A stretch of 64,000 nt of DNA, taken from positions 203,809 through 267,808 of the forward strand of contig JAHJTE010000002.1 of NCBI GenBank assembly GCA_018830005.1, in the 5' to 3' direction. Positions 17,200-26,996 of the stretch are shown in pieces (within the stretch, counting starts at the first letter, position 1; each line of letters starts with the position of its first letter). The notes under the pieces are model-generated. The model had not been told where the DNA came from. It worked only from the letters and a program-made list of their open reading frames with translations, and searched no databases. This stretch comes from Candidatus Omnitrophota bacterium. Its GTDB lineage: Bacteria; Omnitrophota; Gorgyraeia; JAHJTE01. Made by a program: the position numbers and the translations under genes.

Positions 17200-19844
17200 T
17201 TTTTAATCTTGTCCTTATTAATTTTTAAAATCTCTGGTATCTCTCCTATAAGCTGTTGAATTTTATCGCTATCACAGGAGCCCTGCGCAAGTTTAGATCT
17301 TCCGCCTCCACTTGCAAGCGCGCCCATCTGGCTAATCCTTGCTATCAAAACATGAAGTACGCCCACATCAGAGCCTTTATCAGCAGCCTGATATCCAGCC
17401 TTTACTAAATCATCCGTCATTTTTACAACAAAAATTCCTTTTTTTTCTAAAATCGACCCTAAAACTATAATTAACCCCTGAGCCTTCTCTTCAAGAAAAT
17501 CCGTCAATCTGCGTAATTGGTCACGATCACAATCTTTTAAAAAGATAGAGATGCATTTAACTCCTTCTTCAATCTCTCCTGCCTGCTCTAAAAATGAAGA
17601 GATTTCTTCTTTAAATGTCTTTTCTTTGACCTCAACTGAATGATGCCGCAATTCCTTTTCTCTGGATTCTTTTTCTTTCCTTAGGCGTTCTTCGCTCTCT
17701 TTTTTCTTCTTTTGTGCTTGGAAATCTCTTGCATATTTCTCAGTGCAAGCCTGGATTCTTCTAATCCCGCTTGCAATAGATGATTCCTTCATTATTTTAA
17801 AAAAACCAATTTGACCGGTTGATTCTAAATGTGAACCGCCACATAATTCCTTTGAATAATCACCGATTGAGACTACCCTCACAGAATCTTCATAGCGATC
17901 GCCAAAGAATGCCAAAGCACCTCTGGCCTTTGCACTTTCTAAAGAGGTAATCTCTTTATTTAATTTATCATTTAAGACTATAAAGCTATTAACTAAATCT
18001 TCAATTTTTCCTAACTCTTCATTTTTGATTGCCCTCGGATGTGTAAAATCAAAACGAAGATAGGAGTCAGTTACCAGGGAACCTTGCTGGCGTACATGCG
18101 GACCTAAAATCTTGCGCAACGCTGCCTGTAATAAATGCGTTGCTGTGTGATTTCTCATTATAGCCAATCTACGCTCATAATCTATAGAGGCACGCACCTC
18201 ATCATTTATCGCAATCTCTCCTTTTAGAATTTTACCTTTATGTACTATTGCCCCTTCAATTGCCAAGGTATTAATTATCTCAATTTTCGTTTTTTCGTTT
18301 TCTAAAAAACCTGTATCACCCACCTGACCACCACTCTCAGCATAAAAGGGTGTCTTATCCAAGATTATTTCAACAAAACTAAGACTTTTGGCCTTACCAA
18401 TGTGAGACTTTTTCTTACCTTCCTCTTTAAATATAGCTATGACTTTTGCGGAAATGGTTTTGGCATCTACAAATTCAATGTCTGAGCGCTTAAAATCATA
18501 TAATTTTTCAAAAATCGAGCTTGAAAGCTTCGACGCACCCCGGGAACGCTTACGCTGCTTATCCAAGAGTTTTGAAAATTTTTTCTTGTCACATCTGATT
18601 TGGAATCTTTCAGCCTCTTTTTCCATCAGGTCCCAAGGCAGGCCAAACGTATCATAAAATTTAAACAAGGTTTCTGCTGGAACCTCAGAAACACTCTTAT
18701 CTCTCAATTCCTTAACTGCCTCAATAAATTCTGGAACGCGCGTCTTTAAGGTATCTATAAAACGTTCTTCTTCGGCCTGAATAATTGAAGCTATATTTTC
18801 ACGCTGGGCTCCTAAGTCTGAATAGGCCTTCTGCATTTTTCGCACCAAGCTGTCAACTAACTTATACAAAAATGCGCTCTCTATGCCTAATTCTCTTCCA
18901 AAGGCAGAGGCGCGCCGAATAAGACTCCTGATTACATAACCTCTTTCTTCGTTAGAAGGATATATGCCATCAGCAATTCCAAAACAAACTGCACGCAGAT
19001 GATCTGCTATGGCCCTGACTCTGAATTTCTTCTTAAGTTCATCCAGATGAATATCTTCCGAAACTAAAGTCAAGATCTCGCCAATTATAGGTGTAAATAA
19101 ATCTGTCTCGTAATTAGTCTCTACATTCTGCATTACAGCGCAGAGTCGCTCTAAGCCCATACCTGTATCAATGTTTTTCTGGGGTAAAGGATAAAGCTGA
19201 GCATCGGCCTTGCGTTCAAATTGGGTAAATACGAGATTCCACACCTCCACAAAACGTCCACAGTCACATGCAGGAGAACAGCTTTTATTACCGCATCCGA
19301 CTTTTGTACCTAAGTCAAAGAATATCTCTGAGCAGGGTCCACAAGGACCGTTGGGGCCTTTAATCCTTGCCTCAGAAGGCCAAAAATTTTCTTTATCTTG
19401 AAATTTTAAGATTCTTTCTTTATTGATTCCGATATCTTCTAGCCATATTGAAAAACTCTCATCATCTTCAGTGTATACCGAAACCCATAATCTAGATTTA
19501 TCTATCTTCAATTCTTGCGTTAAAAATTCCCAGGCAAGTTGAATTGCCTCTTTCTTAAAATAATCACCAAAGGAGAAATTCCCCAACATCTCAAAGAATG
19601 TATGGTGCCCGCTTGTTTTTCCTACCCTCTCCAAATCACCAGTGCGCAAACACTTCTGACAAGTAGCAACCCGCCCGGATTTAACATCAATGCCTAAAAA
19701 CTGGTTCTTAAATTGATTCATGCCGGCTGAGGTAAAAAGTACACTCGGATCAGATGTAGGAACTAAAGAATCGCTCGGCATTATCTTATGAGCGTGTCTT
19801 TGAAAAAAATCGAGAAACTTCCCTCTTAAGGTATCTGCATCCAT
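17196..19844 (-). CDS. alaS: Alanine--tRNA ligase
   Basis: 882 aa; FFQRHAH...SAGMNQFK class II motifs; WNLVFTQF; C-terminal Lys/Glu-rich tail before the DHHA1-like end. Confidence 0.93.
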   Translation of the reverse strand: MDADTLRGKFLDFFQRHAHKIMPSDSLVPTSDPSVLFTSAGMNQFKNQFLGIDVKSGRVATCQKCLRTGDLERVGKTSGHHTFFEMLGNFSFGDYFKKEAIQLAWEFLTQELKIDKSRLWVSVYTEDDESFSIWLEDIGINKERILKFQDKENFWPSEARIKGPNGPCGPCSEIFFDLGTKVGCGNKSCSPACDCGRFVEVWNLVFTQFERKADAQLYPLPQKNIDTGMGLERLCAVMQNVETNYETDLFTPIIGEILTLVSEDIHLDELKKKFRVRAIADHLRAVCFGIADGIYPSNEERGYVIRSLIRRASAFGRELGIESAFLYKLVDSLVRKMQKAYSDLGAQRENIASIIQAEEERFIDTLKTRVPEFIEAVKELRDKSVSEVPAETLFKFYDTFGLPWDLMEKEAERFQIRCDKKKFSKLLDKQRKRSRGASKLSSSIFEKLYDFKRSDIEFVDAKTISAKVIAIFKEEGKKKSHIGKAKSLSFVEIILDKTPFYAESGGQVGDTGFLENEKTKIEIINTLAIEGAIVHKGKILKGEIAINDEVRASIDYERRLAIMRNHTATHLLQAALRKILGPHVRQQGSLVTDSYLRFDFTHPRAIKNEELGKIEDLVNSFIVLNDKLNKEITSLESAKARGALAFFGDRYEDSVRVVSIGDYSKELCGGSHLESTGQIGFFKIMKESSIASGIRRIQACTEKYARDFQAQKKKKESEERLRKEKESREKELRHHSVEVKEKTFKEEISSFLEQAGEIEEGVKCISIFLKDCDRDQLRRLTDFLEEKAQGLIIVLGSILEKKGIFVVKMTDDLVKAGYQAADKGSDVGVLHVLIARISQMGALASGGGRSKLAQGSCDSDKIQQLIGEIPEILKINKDKIKK

Positions 19845-19854
19845 AAACTATTTT

Positions 19855-20334
19855 CTAACGGCTAATTGTTCTATCTAAAACTGTTATAATGTCGCCGGAG
19901 GAGAATCCCCTGCCTAGCAGGTAGCGGTATAACTTCCCTTTGACTTTGATTCCATCCTTCTCTTGCTTGCGAAGTGAGCGCATTTTTTTGTTTGTTAATG
20001 AGGCAAGGACATCTGACTCTGAATCCTTAAATCTAACTTGTTGCAAAATCAACTTCAGGATATCCTCACCTATGCCCTTTTGCCTTAATTCAAGAATGAT
20101 TTTTTTTAATCCGAAGCTTGACTTTAGGCGAAAATCTATCCATTCTCTGGCAAATCTCGCATCATCAACGTAGCCTAAGCTCTCCAATCTTGAAATTACC
20201 TTCTTTATTGTCTGGGAAGAATATTTTCTTCTATAAAGCTTATCTCTTATTTCCTTTTGGCTACGATTTCTATAGGCCAGGAGACGAAACACATAATTCT
20301 TAGCCCTAGCCTCATCCTGCTCGAATCGCTTCAT
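19855..20334 (-). CDS. recX: RecA regulator RecX
   Basis: RecX repeat architecture (ALRLL-type helices). Start moved to the Met at 20334, which forms an ATGA overlap with the htrA stop; the track ORF extends to 20379. Confidence 0.72.
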   Translation of the reverse strand: MKRFEQDEARAKNYVFRLLAYRNRSQKEIRDKLYRRKYSSQTIKKVISRLESLGYVDDARFAREWIDFRLKSSFGLKKIILELRQKGIGEDILKLILQQVRFKDSESDVLASLTNKKMRSLRKQEKDGIKVKGKLYRYLLGRGFSSGDIITVLDRTISR

Positions 20335-21860
20335 TTGGAAGAAATGACAAAATAACCACGCGATGTCCTGACTAGACAATCGCCTTTTACGTTTTCCTTA
20401 ATCCGGTTAAAATCAACGATATTGGAAACCTCATTTTTGTTTAATTCCACTATTATATCACCCACAACTATACCAGCATCATCAGCCAGGGAAGCTGGTT
20501 CTACATCAACTACTACTACGCCGTTTCTTTCTTCGATTTTATAACGGCGTCTAAGCGACTCGTTTAAGCCTTCAACGGCCAATCCCCGCCATCTTTCCTT
20601 AATGTCACCTGAGTCAACTCTGCCAGATGCTAATTTTTCTTCACTCGGCCGCTGGCCAATCTTAACCTGTAATGTTGTGCGTCTTCCATCGCGCATAACA
20701 ACAATTTTAGCCTTGTTTCCTACAACACTCTCACCTACAACCTTAAGAAGATCGCGAGTATCTTTTATTCTATTATTATCAAATTCCAAAATCACATCTG
20801 AACTCTTCATGCCTGCTTCCTTAGCAGGTCCATCCTCAAGCACGTTCACTACCAAAACTCCTTCTGCCGAATCCAATTTCATATATGTGGTTAATTTTTC
20901 ATCAATATTCTGGATCGTAATCCCAAGCCAACCGTATACAACTTCCTCGCCTTTTATCAATTTTGAAACTATACGCTTGGCATTATTTATGGGAATAGCA
21001 AATCCTATGCCCTCATAGCCACCGCTGGTAGAAAATATTGCCACGTTTATACCAATAATCTCTCCCTTAAGATTAACCAACGGCCCGCCTGAATTACCAG
21101 GGTTGATTGCTGCATCAGTCTGGATAAGATCAGAATAATCCTTTTCCCGGCCAAAGGCACGCCCTAAAGAACGATGCAAGGCACTTACAACCCCTGCGGT
21201 AACAGTAGGCTCTGGATTCTGCAAGGCAAAACCAAAAGGATTACCAACAGCAACAACCCATTGCCCAATCTTTAATTCACGAGAGTCACCCAGGACTGCA
21301 GTAGGCAGATTATTCGCATCAATCTTAATTACTGCCAGATCAGAACGCGAATCAGAGCCCTTAAGCACTGCCTTGAACTCTCTGCCATCAGAAAGTTTTA
21401 CTGTCAACTTATCTGCATTTTTCACTACATGTTCATTTGTGAGGATGTAGCCGTTAGCATCAATTATAACGCCTGAGCCCAGACCTATACTCTTAAACTC
21501 TCTATCCGGCAACTGACCAAGAAAATCGTCAAAGAATTTATTGAAGAAATCATCCTCAAAAGGACCTTCGCTAAAAGGAGCGCTATATCTCTTGCTATAT
21601 TTTCTCTGCTGTACAGATTCTGAACTTATAGACACAACCGCCTTGCCTATTCTCTCAGCAACATTGATTACGGCATTCTCAAACGAGTTATCCTCAAATA
21701 CATTTGCCTGGCTGCCTGATGTATAATCAAAATCAGCACTCTGCGTCTTAGTGTCTATATTAAACCTTGCTGTCAGAGTCAAGCCAATAATCAACCCGAC
21801 TAAAAGGGCAAACGAAAGCAGGGCAAATTTATTCTTTTGAAAAATATTAAACAGAAACAT
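20331..21860 (-). CDS. htrA: Periplasmic serine endoprotease DegP/HtrA with two PDZ domains
   Basis: GNSGGPLVN catalytic Ser motif; trypsin-like core plus 2 PDZ. Start chosen at MFLFNIF... (signal/TM), avoiding overlap with recA; the track ORF extends to 21914. Confidence 0.85.
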   Translation of the reverse strand: MFLFNIFQKNKFALLSFALLVGLIIGLTLTARFNIDTKTQSADFDYTSGSQANVFEDNSFENAVINVAERIGKAVVSISSESVQQRKYSKRYSAPFSEGPFEDDFFNKFFDDFLGQLPDREFKSIGLGSGVIIDANGYILTNEHVVKNADKLTVKLSDGREFKAVLKGSDSRSDLAVIKIDANNLPTAVLGDSRELKIGQWVVAVGNPFGFALQNPEPTVTAGVVSALHRSLGRAFGREKDYSDLIQTDAAINPGNSGGPLVNLKGEIIGINVAIFSTSGGYEGIGFAIPINNAKRIVSKLIKGEEVVYGWLGITIQNIDEKLTTYMKLDSAEGVLVVNVLEDGPAKEAGMKSSDVILEFDNNRIKDTRDLLKVVGESVVGNKAKIVVMRDGRRTTLQVKIGQRPSEEKLASGRVDSGDIKERWRGLAVEGLNESLRRRYKIEERNGVVVVDVEPASLADDAGIVVGDIIVELNKNEVSNIVDFNRIKENVKGDCLVRTSRGYFVISSK

Positions 21861-21873
21861 AAAATATCCTCCT

Positions 21874-22902
21874 TTACATTTTATCCTTAATAGCTTCCTT
21901 AATCTTTGCCTCAATCTCTTTTATAAGTTTTTGATTATCTTTTAGATATTGCTTTGCCTTTTCTTTACCTTGGCCTAATTTTAGTTTTTCATATACATAC
22001 CAGGTCCCAGATTTTTCGACAATTTCGCATTTGGCCGCAGTATCTAATAAATTGCCTAACCAATCAATGCCTTCCTTGTAAAAAATTTCAAATTCTGTTT
22101 CTTTAAATGGTGGCGCAACTTTGTTTTTTACAATCCGCGCCCTTACTTTATTGCCGATAACCTCATCGCCAGATTTGATGACTCCCAGACGGCGCAAATC
22201 AATTCGCACTGATGAATAGAACTTTAAAGCCCTGCCACCCGGGGTTGTCTCAGGATTCCCAAACATAATCCCAATCTTCATCCTAATCTGATTAATAAAA
22301 ATCACGGATGTCTTGGATTTACTGATAGCGGCAGTAAGCTTTCGCAAGGCCTGGCTCATTAGGCGCGCCTGTAATCCAATAAATGTATCTCCCATTTCAC
22401 CTTCAATCTCAGCACGCGGGGTCAAGGCAGCGACAGAATCAATAACTACTAGATCTACGGCATTAGAACGGACTAGGGTCTCTACGATTTCCAATGCCTG
22501 TTCTCCAGTATCAGGCTGAGAAATCAACAAATCATCAAGATTAATACCTATTTTCTTGGCGTAGGCAGAATCAAAGGCATGTTCAGCATCAATAAAAGCC
22601 GCCACCCCGCCTTTTTTCTGGGCCTGGCATATTACGCTTAAAGTAAGTGTTGTTTTTCCCGATGACTCTGGGCCAAATATCTCTATTACCCTGCCGCGCG
22701 GTATACCTCCGACGCCTAAAGCCAAATCAAGGGAAAATGCACCTGTTGGTATTGAATCTATATTCAAAACCACATTTGAACCCAACTTCATAATCGAGCC
22801 CTTACCAAATTGTTTCTCAATCTGATTAAGGGCTAATTCCAAGGCCTTCTGACGCTCATTAACACTTGTGGATACGTCTTCTTTTTTCTTAGGAATACTC
22901 AT
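21874..22902 (-). CDS. recA: Recombinase RecA
   Basis: MSIPKKK...[26 protein letters not shown]...[19 protein letters not shown] 6-10 nt upstream of the ATG at 22902. The upstream 42 codons of the track ORF are rejected. Confidence 0.93.
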   Translation of the reverse strand: MSIPKKKEDVSTSVNERQKALELALNQIEKQFGKGSIMKLGSNVVLNIDSIPTGAFSLDLALGVGGIPRGRVIEIFGPESSGKTTLTLSVICQAQKKGGVAAFIDAEHAFDSAYAKKIGINLDDLLISQPDTGEQALEIVETLVRSNAVDLVVIDSVAALTPRAEIEGEMGDTFIGLQARLMSQALRKLTAAISKSKTSVIFINQIRMKIGIMFGNPETTPGGRALKFYSSVRIDLRRLGVIKSGDEVIGNKVRARIVKNKVAPPFKETEFEIFYKEGIDWLGNLLDTAAKCEIVEKSGTWYVYEKLKLGQGKEKAKQYLKDNQKLIKEIEAKIKEAIKDKM

Positions 22903-23089
22903 ATTTCTCCTCCACTTTGCTCTTCCCATATAATCCCTCGGATTGTATGGGGCACAATACACAGGTTTACACAGATTAAAGCAGAAATCTTCATTTGCAG
23001 GGTGAAAGGCGGGATGCGACCTTATCAAGGCCTCTTCATCCTCATATTATCAGCTCAAATTCAGGTAGAATCTAGGAAAATTGCATTTT

Positions 23090-23118
23090 ATTTTACACCA
23101 TATATTATTGCCTGTCAA
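23090..23118 (-). promoter_or_regulatory. Sigma70-type promoter for recA (TTGACA-17 nt-TAAAAT on minus strand)
   Basis: Minus-strand reading: TTGACA (23118..23113), 17 nt spacer, TAAAAT (23095..23090). This would give a leader of about 180 nt before the recA ATG. Confidence 0.45.
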
Positions 23119-23274
23119 TCAGTTATTACCAATGTGCCTGCCTCGTTTTTTTGCTCTTTTGAAGTATGAAAAATAGGCAATAATCAGTCTTAAGATCTAT
23201 TGAAGTATAAACAAAAAATCAAGAAATAATGGCTTAGGTGCTTTCAGAATATGTGCAAAAAGTAGCAAGAATGG

Positions 23275-26200
23275 CTATTCTTTTAATGCGGGAGATTTTA
23301 CTGGCTTGGGTTTTGAGGCATCGGCTGCCTCCTGTTTAGCAAATTTAACAGAGACTATCTTAGAAACTCCAGATTCCTGCATAGTGATGCCATACATAAC
23401 ATCAGCATTGGTAATGGTCTTTTTATTATGGGTTATGATGATAAACTGTGTCGTCTTAATAAATTCCTGCAGCACCTTATTATATCTATCAATATTACTC
23501 TCATCAAGTGCTGCATCTATCTCATCTAAGACACAGAATGGTGAAGGCTTCACCTTAAATACGGCAAAAATTAAGGCAATTGCAGAAAGTGACTTCTCTC
23601 CACCTGAAAGCAGTGATATGTTCTGTAATTTCTTTCCAGGCGGACGACACACAATTTCAATACCGGACTCTAAGATATTGTTTTCATCACTGAGCAAAAG
23701 CTGGGCATCTCCGCCATTAAACAACAATCTGAAATAATCCTTAAAATGATCTCTAATCTTTTCAAATGTCTCTTTGAACATCTTCCGAGTTGTCTGGTTA
23801 ATTTTAAGTATTGCCTTGTGGATAGAATCCTTGGCAGTTAACAAATCATTCTGTTGATTTAATAAGAATTCAAATCTTTTTTTGAGTTCTTCATATTCTT
23901 CAATAGCAACAAGATTTACATTTCCGTAAGAATCGACTTTTTGCTTTAACTTCTCAATCTCTGCATCTATCTCTAATGTAGACTCCTGCGACAACTGCTG
24001 GCAAGTATCGCCAACTATATCCAAATTAACATGGTAGCTGGCTTCAATTCTGTTTTTAAGATTTAAGATCTTGAAATTTATCTCTTGTTCTTTCGATGTT
24101 ATCTGAAAATTGGCCTGGCGACTTTTATCAAGCATGGTATTCTCTTGGTTAGTATCTTCTTGAATTGCATTAATCTTCTCTAAGGTGACTTCCTTTTCCT
24201 GTTTCAATGCTCCTAAGCGGACCAAGACCTCTTCCTTGCCTTTAGTTGTCGATTCAATATCTATTTTTGCTTTCTCAATTTGCCCAATTAGCCGCTTAGC
24301 CTTATTTCGGCAATCCTCACTCTCAGCCTGGTTAAGTGTATCTTTTTCTTTATCCTGAGTGAGTGAGGCCTCGATTATCCGTAATGAATTCTCTAGGGAC
24401 TGATGCCTAGGAGCAATGTTTGCAATTAAGGTCTCCAATTGAGCGATGTCCACTGTTTGTGACTCGCGCTTCTGGATTAAATCAGCAATCAGCTCTTCAG
24501 ATTGAGAAATAGACTGCTCATTATTTTTAATTTCAGAGTCGATTGAATCTACTTTATTATTTGATTTCTCTAGGGCCTCACGCAGTGTGGTCATTTCTGA
24601 TGTGACTTCCTGAAATTCCTCCTCTACGATATTTGCTTCCCCATTTAATTTATTAATCTCCTCTTTAAACAAATCAAATTGCATTTTCGTATTAGCAAAA
24701 GAAATCTCTTCTTTCTTTAATTCTTCCTCTTTTTGCATTTGAGATCTGGATCCTGCTTGAATAAGGTCTAGGAGTTCGTTTTTCTTGAGGCCTTCTTGCG
24801 CAAGCCTAGCCTCAAGCGCCTCTTCTTCTTCGGCAATCTTTTCAATATCCAGATCAATAATTTTTAATTTAACCTTTATTTGCTTCTTGCTGCCGCCCTC
24901 AAACTGGAGGCTATTTAATAAATTCTCCTCTATTTGTTCAATAGTATCAACTTTTGCCAAAATACCCATACCTGGCTTTAGATTATCAGCCTCAAAGATA
25001 ATTATGCCATCGCAGGCATCAGGAAAATCACCATATTTCGATTTAAGATTTTGCAAAAATTCTTTTTTAGACACTAAATTAGAAAGTTTTTTCTCAAGAG
25101 TCACTATGTCTTCTTCTAATTTTTTTAACGTGAGCTTATTATTAGAAAGATTCTCTCTTTCAGCTTCCAGTGTTTCCCTTATCGCCTGGACTGCATCTGT
25201 CTTTTCTTTAAAACTAGCTTCGGCCTGGCTAAAATTAGCTTCAACGCCTTGCTTTTCTTCGTTGACCTTTGCCCTCTCAATCTGAAGCCTCCTGCTTCTG
25301 GCAGAAAGAGCATTTGAATCACTCAACAGTTTAGAGGCGTCATTTCTTGCCTTGCTTAAATTAGTTGCCAATTCCAAAATATTCTTCTTTGCACGCTTGA
25401 TTGTCTCGCGTGCTGACTCGATCTCATCAATTGTAGAACTGAGTACCTCCTTTTTCACTTTTAACTGATTTTCCTTTTCCCGGGCGTTTTTATCAAAATC
25501 AGAAAGCTCACTTTTGATTGCTTGCGATCTTTCCTGCTCACCTTTAATTCTTTCGGAAATCAAATCTTTTTCTTTGGTTAAGGCGGTGATTCTTTGCTCA
25601 TATTCTTCAATCCGCTCTTTATTAACAGCTATCTGCTCATTAAATCTTTCTGCAGCGCTATCCGCCTTAAGGGCATCTATATCAGCTAATTCAATGTTTG
25701 AGGCGATTTCATTAAAGCGTGTTCGCAGATCTTTTAAATTTTCTATTTTGCTTGCAATTGCGGCCTCTATATCTTTGCTCTCGTTTACTGATAATGTCTT
25801 CTCAGCCGCCAATTCCTTTATTTGGTTATTAAACTGATCTAATTGGAAATATGCCTTGTCTATCTCCAAATCTTTCAGATGCTGAAAAACCTCCTTATAG
25901 CGCCTTGCCTTTGCTGCTTGACGCTCCACAGAACCTATCTGACGCTTAACCTCAGCAATAATATCTGAGAGTCTTAATAAATTATCCTCGGTATATTTTA
26001 ATTTATTTAGGGCCTCTTTTTTCTTGGCCTTATATTTAGTAATTCCTGCTGCCTCATCAAAAATCGCCCTTCTGTCTTCCGGACGCGAACTTAAAACAAG
26101 ATCAATCTTACCCTGCTCAACCAAAGAATAAGATTCACTGGCGATTCCAGTGCCCATTAGAAGCTCATTTATATCCTTTAGTCGGACGCGGCTCTTATTT

Positions 26201-26541
26201 AGAAGATATTCGCTTTCTCCAGAACGAAAGAGTCGACGCGTAATAGTTATCTCTGAATAATCAACAGGAAAGAATTTACTTTCATTGGAAAAGGTTAAGC
26301 TAACCTCGGCAAATCCTAAAGCCGGCTTGCTGGAAGTGCCATTAAATATCACGTCCTCCATACTCACCCCGCGCATGGCCTTAACTGACTGCTCACCTAA
26401 AACCCAGCGTATTGAATCAAAGATATTACTCTTACCGCATCCATTTGGGCCGACTACTGCGGTAACGCCCGGTTCAAAATTCAAAACCGTCTTTTCCAAA
26501 AATGACTTAAATCCTAGAAGTTCTAATTTTTTAAAATACAT
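23275..26541 (-). CDS. smc: Chromosome partition protein SMC
   Basis: 1088 aa; N-terminal GPNGCGKSN Walker A; long coiled coils; C-terminal LSGGEKSLSAIAL...LDEIDAALD. Confidence 0.9.
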   Translation of the reverse strand: MYFKKLELLGFKSFLEKTVLNFEPGVTAVVGPNGCGKSNIFDSIRWVLGEQSVKAMRGVSMEDVIFNGTSSKPALGFAEVSLTFSNESKFFPVDYSEITITRRLFRSGESEYLLNKSRVRLKDINELLMGTGIASESYSLVEQGKIDLVLSSRPEDRRAIFDEAAGITKYKAKKKEALNKLKYTEDNLLRLSDIIAEVKRQIGSVERQAAKARRYKEVFQHLKDLEIDKAYFQLDQFNNQIKELAAEKTLSVNESKDIEAAIASKIENLKDLRTRFNEIASNIELADIDALKADSAAERFNEQIAVNKERIEEYEQRITALTKEKDLISERIKGEQERSQAIKSELSDFDKNAREKENQLKVKKEVLSSTIDEIESARETIKRAKKNILELATNLSKARNDASKLLSDSNALSARSRRLQIERAKVNEEKQGVEANFSQAEASFKEKTDAVQAIRETLEAERENLSNNKLTLKKLEEDIVTLEKKLSNLVSKKEFLQNLKSKYGDFPDACDGIIIFEADNLKPGMGILAKVDTIEQIEENLLNSLQFEGGSKKQIKVKLKIIDLDIEKIAEEEEALEARLAQEGLKKNELLDLIQAGSRSQMQKEEELKKEEISFANTKMQFDLFKEEINKLNGEANIVEEEFQEVTSEMTTLREALEKSNNKVDSIDSEIKNNEQSISQSEELIADLIQKRESQTVDIAQLETLIANIAPRHQSLENSLRIIEASLTQDKEKDTLNQAESEDCRNKAKRLIGQIEKAKIDIESTTKGKEEVLVRLGALKQEKEVTLEKINAIQEDTNQENTMLDKSRQANFQITSKEQEINFKILNLKNRIEASYHVNLDIVGDTCQQLSQESTLEIDAEIEKLKQKVDSYGNVNLVAIEEYEELKKRFEFLLNQQNDLLTAKDSIHKAILKINQTTRKMFKETFEKIRDHFKDYFRLLFNGGDAQLLLSDENNILESGIEIVCRPPGKKLQNISLLSGGEKSLSAIALIFAVFKVKPSPFCVLDEIDAALDESNIDRYNKVLQEFIKTTQFIIITHNKKTITNADVMYGITMQESGVSKIVSVKFAKQEAADASKPKPVKSPALKE

Positions 26542-26590
26542 ATTTAACTTTTTAATCGGCCTCTAATCTGGAGGCTTCGGGGTTATGGTC

Positions 26591-26959
26591 TCATTTACCT
26601 TTATTATTTAAATTCAGAACTCCAAATACATATTTGGATATCTTTTCCTGGTCTTCCTTGGCAATATCCCTAAATTCAATACCTGCCTCATATTCTTCCT
26701 GGGCATCTTTGCCTCCAACCTTAAACATATCTATCCATACTATCTTGCCCGTTGTCTCGATTGGCTCTGATTGTTCTGGAAGAAATAATTTTAATTTCAA
26801 TAAAGTATCTTTTTGGATGAGCGAATCTAAAAATAGGCAAATACCGCCTTGACTCAGATTTTTCGTAAAGGATCCAGTTCTATCGCCTCTGGATTCAATA
26901 ATATCGTATTCAACCCTCACGCGTGTATCTAAACGAATGAATTTTCTTCTCTCCTGCAT
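26591..26959 (-). CDS. PilZ-domain (c-di-GMP binding) protein
   Basis: 122 aa; RRKFIRLDTRVRVEYD (RxxxR) and NLSQGGICL (DxSxxG-like) motifs. Confidence 0.7.
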   Translation of the reverse strand: MQERRKFIRLDTRVRVEYDIIESRGDRTGSFTKNLSQGGICLFLDSLIQKDTLLKLKLFLPEQSEPIETTGKIVWIDMFKVGGKDAQEEYEAGIEFRDIAKEDQEKISKYVFGVLNLNNKGK

Positions 26960-26996
26960 ATTGAATCACCCCTTTTAACATACCGCAACTTTTAAT

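Noticed and set aside
22958-22974. Possible LexA/SOS box in the recA leader.
   Set aside because: The sequence is a direct repeat (CTGTGT-N4-CTGTGT), not the CTGT-N8-ACAG palindrome or any other LexA consensus I can recall. It is kept only as a low-confidence regulatory candidate in the findings.
23230-23280. Short AT-rich palindrome AAGAAT-GGCT-ATTCTT at the smc stop, considered as the smc terminator.
   Set aside because: The stem is only 6 bp and AT-rich with no U-tract. It is not convincing.
26557-26574. GC-rich inverted repeat GCCTC-CAGATTA-GAGGC between pilZ and smc, considered as a terminator.
   Set aside because: On the transcribed minus strand it is followed by an A-rich tract, not a U-rich one, and the smc start codon follows within about 15 nt. 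It is more likely incidental or a weak RNA structure.
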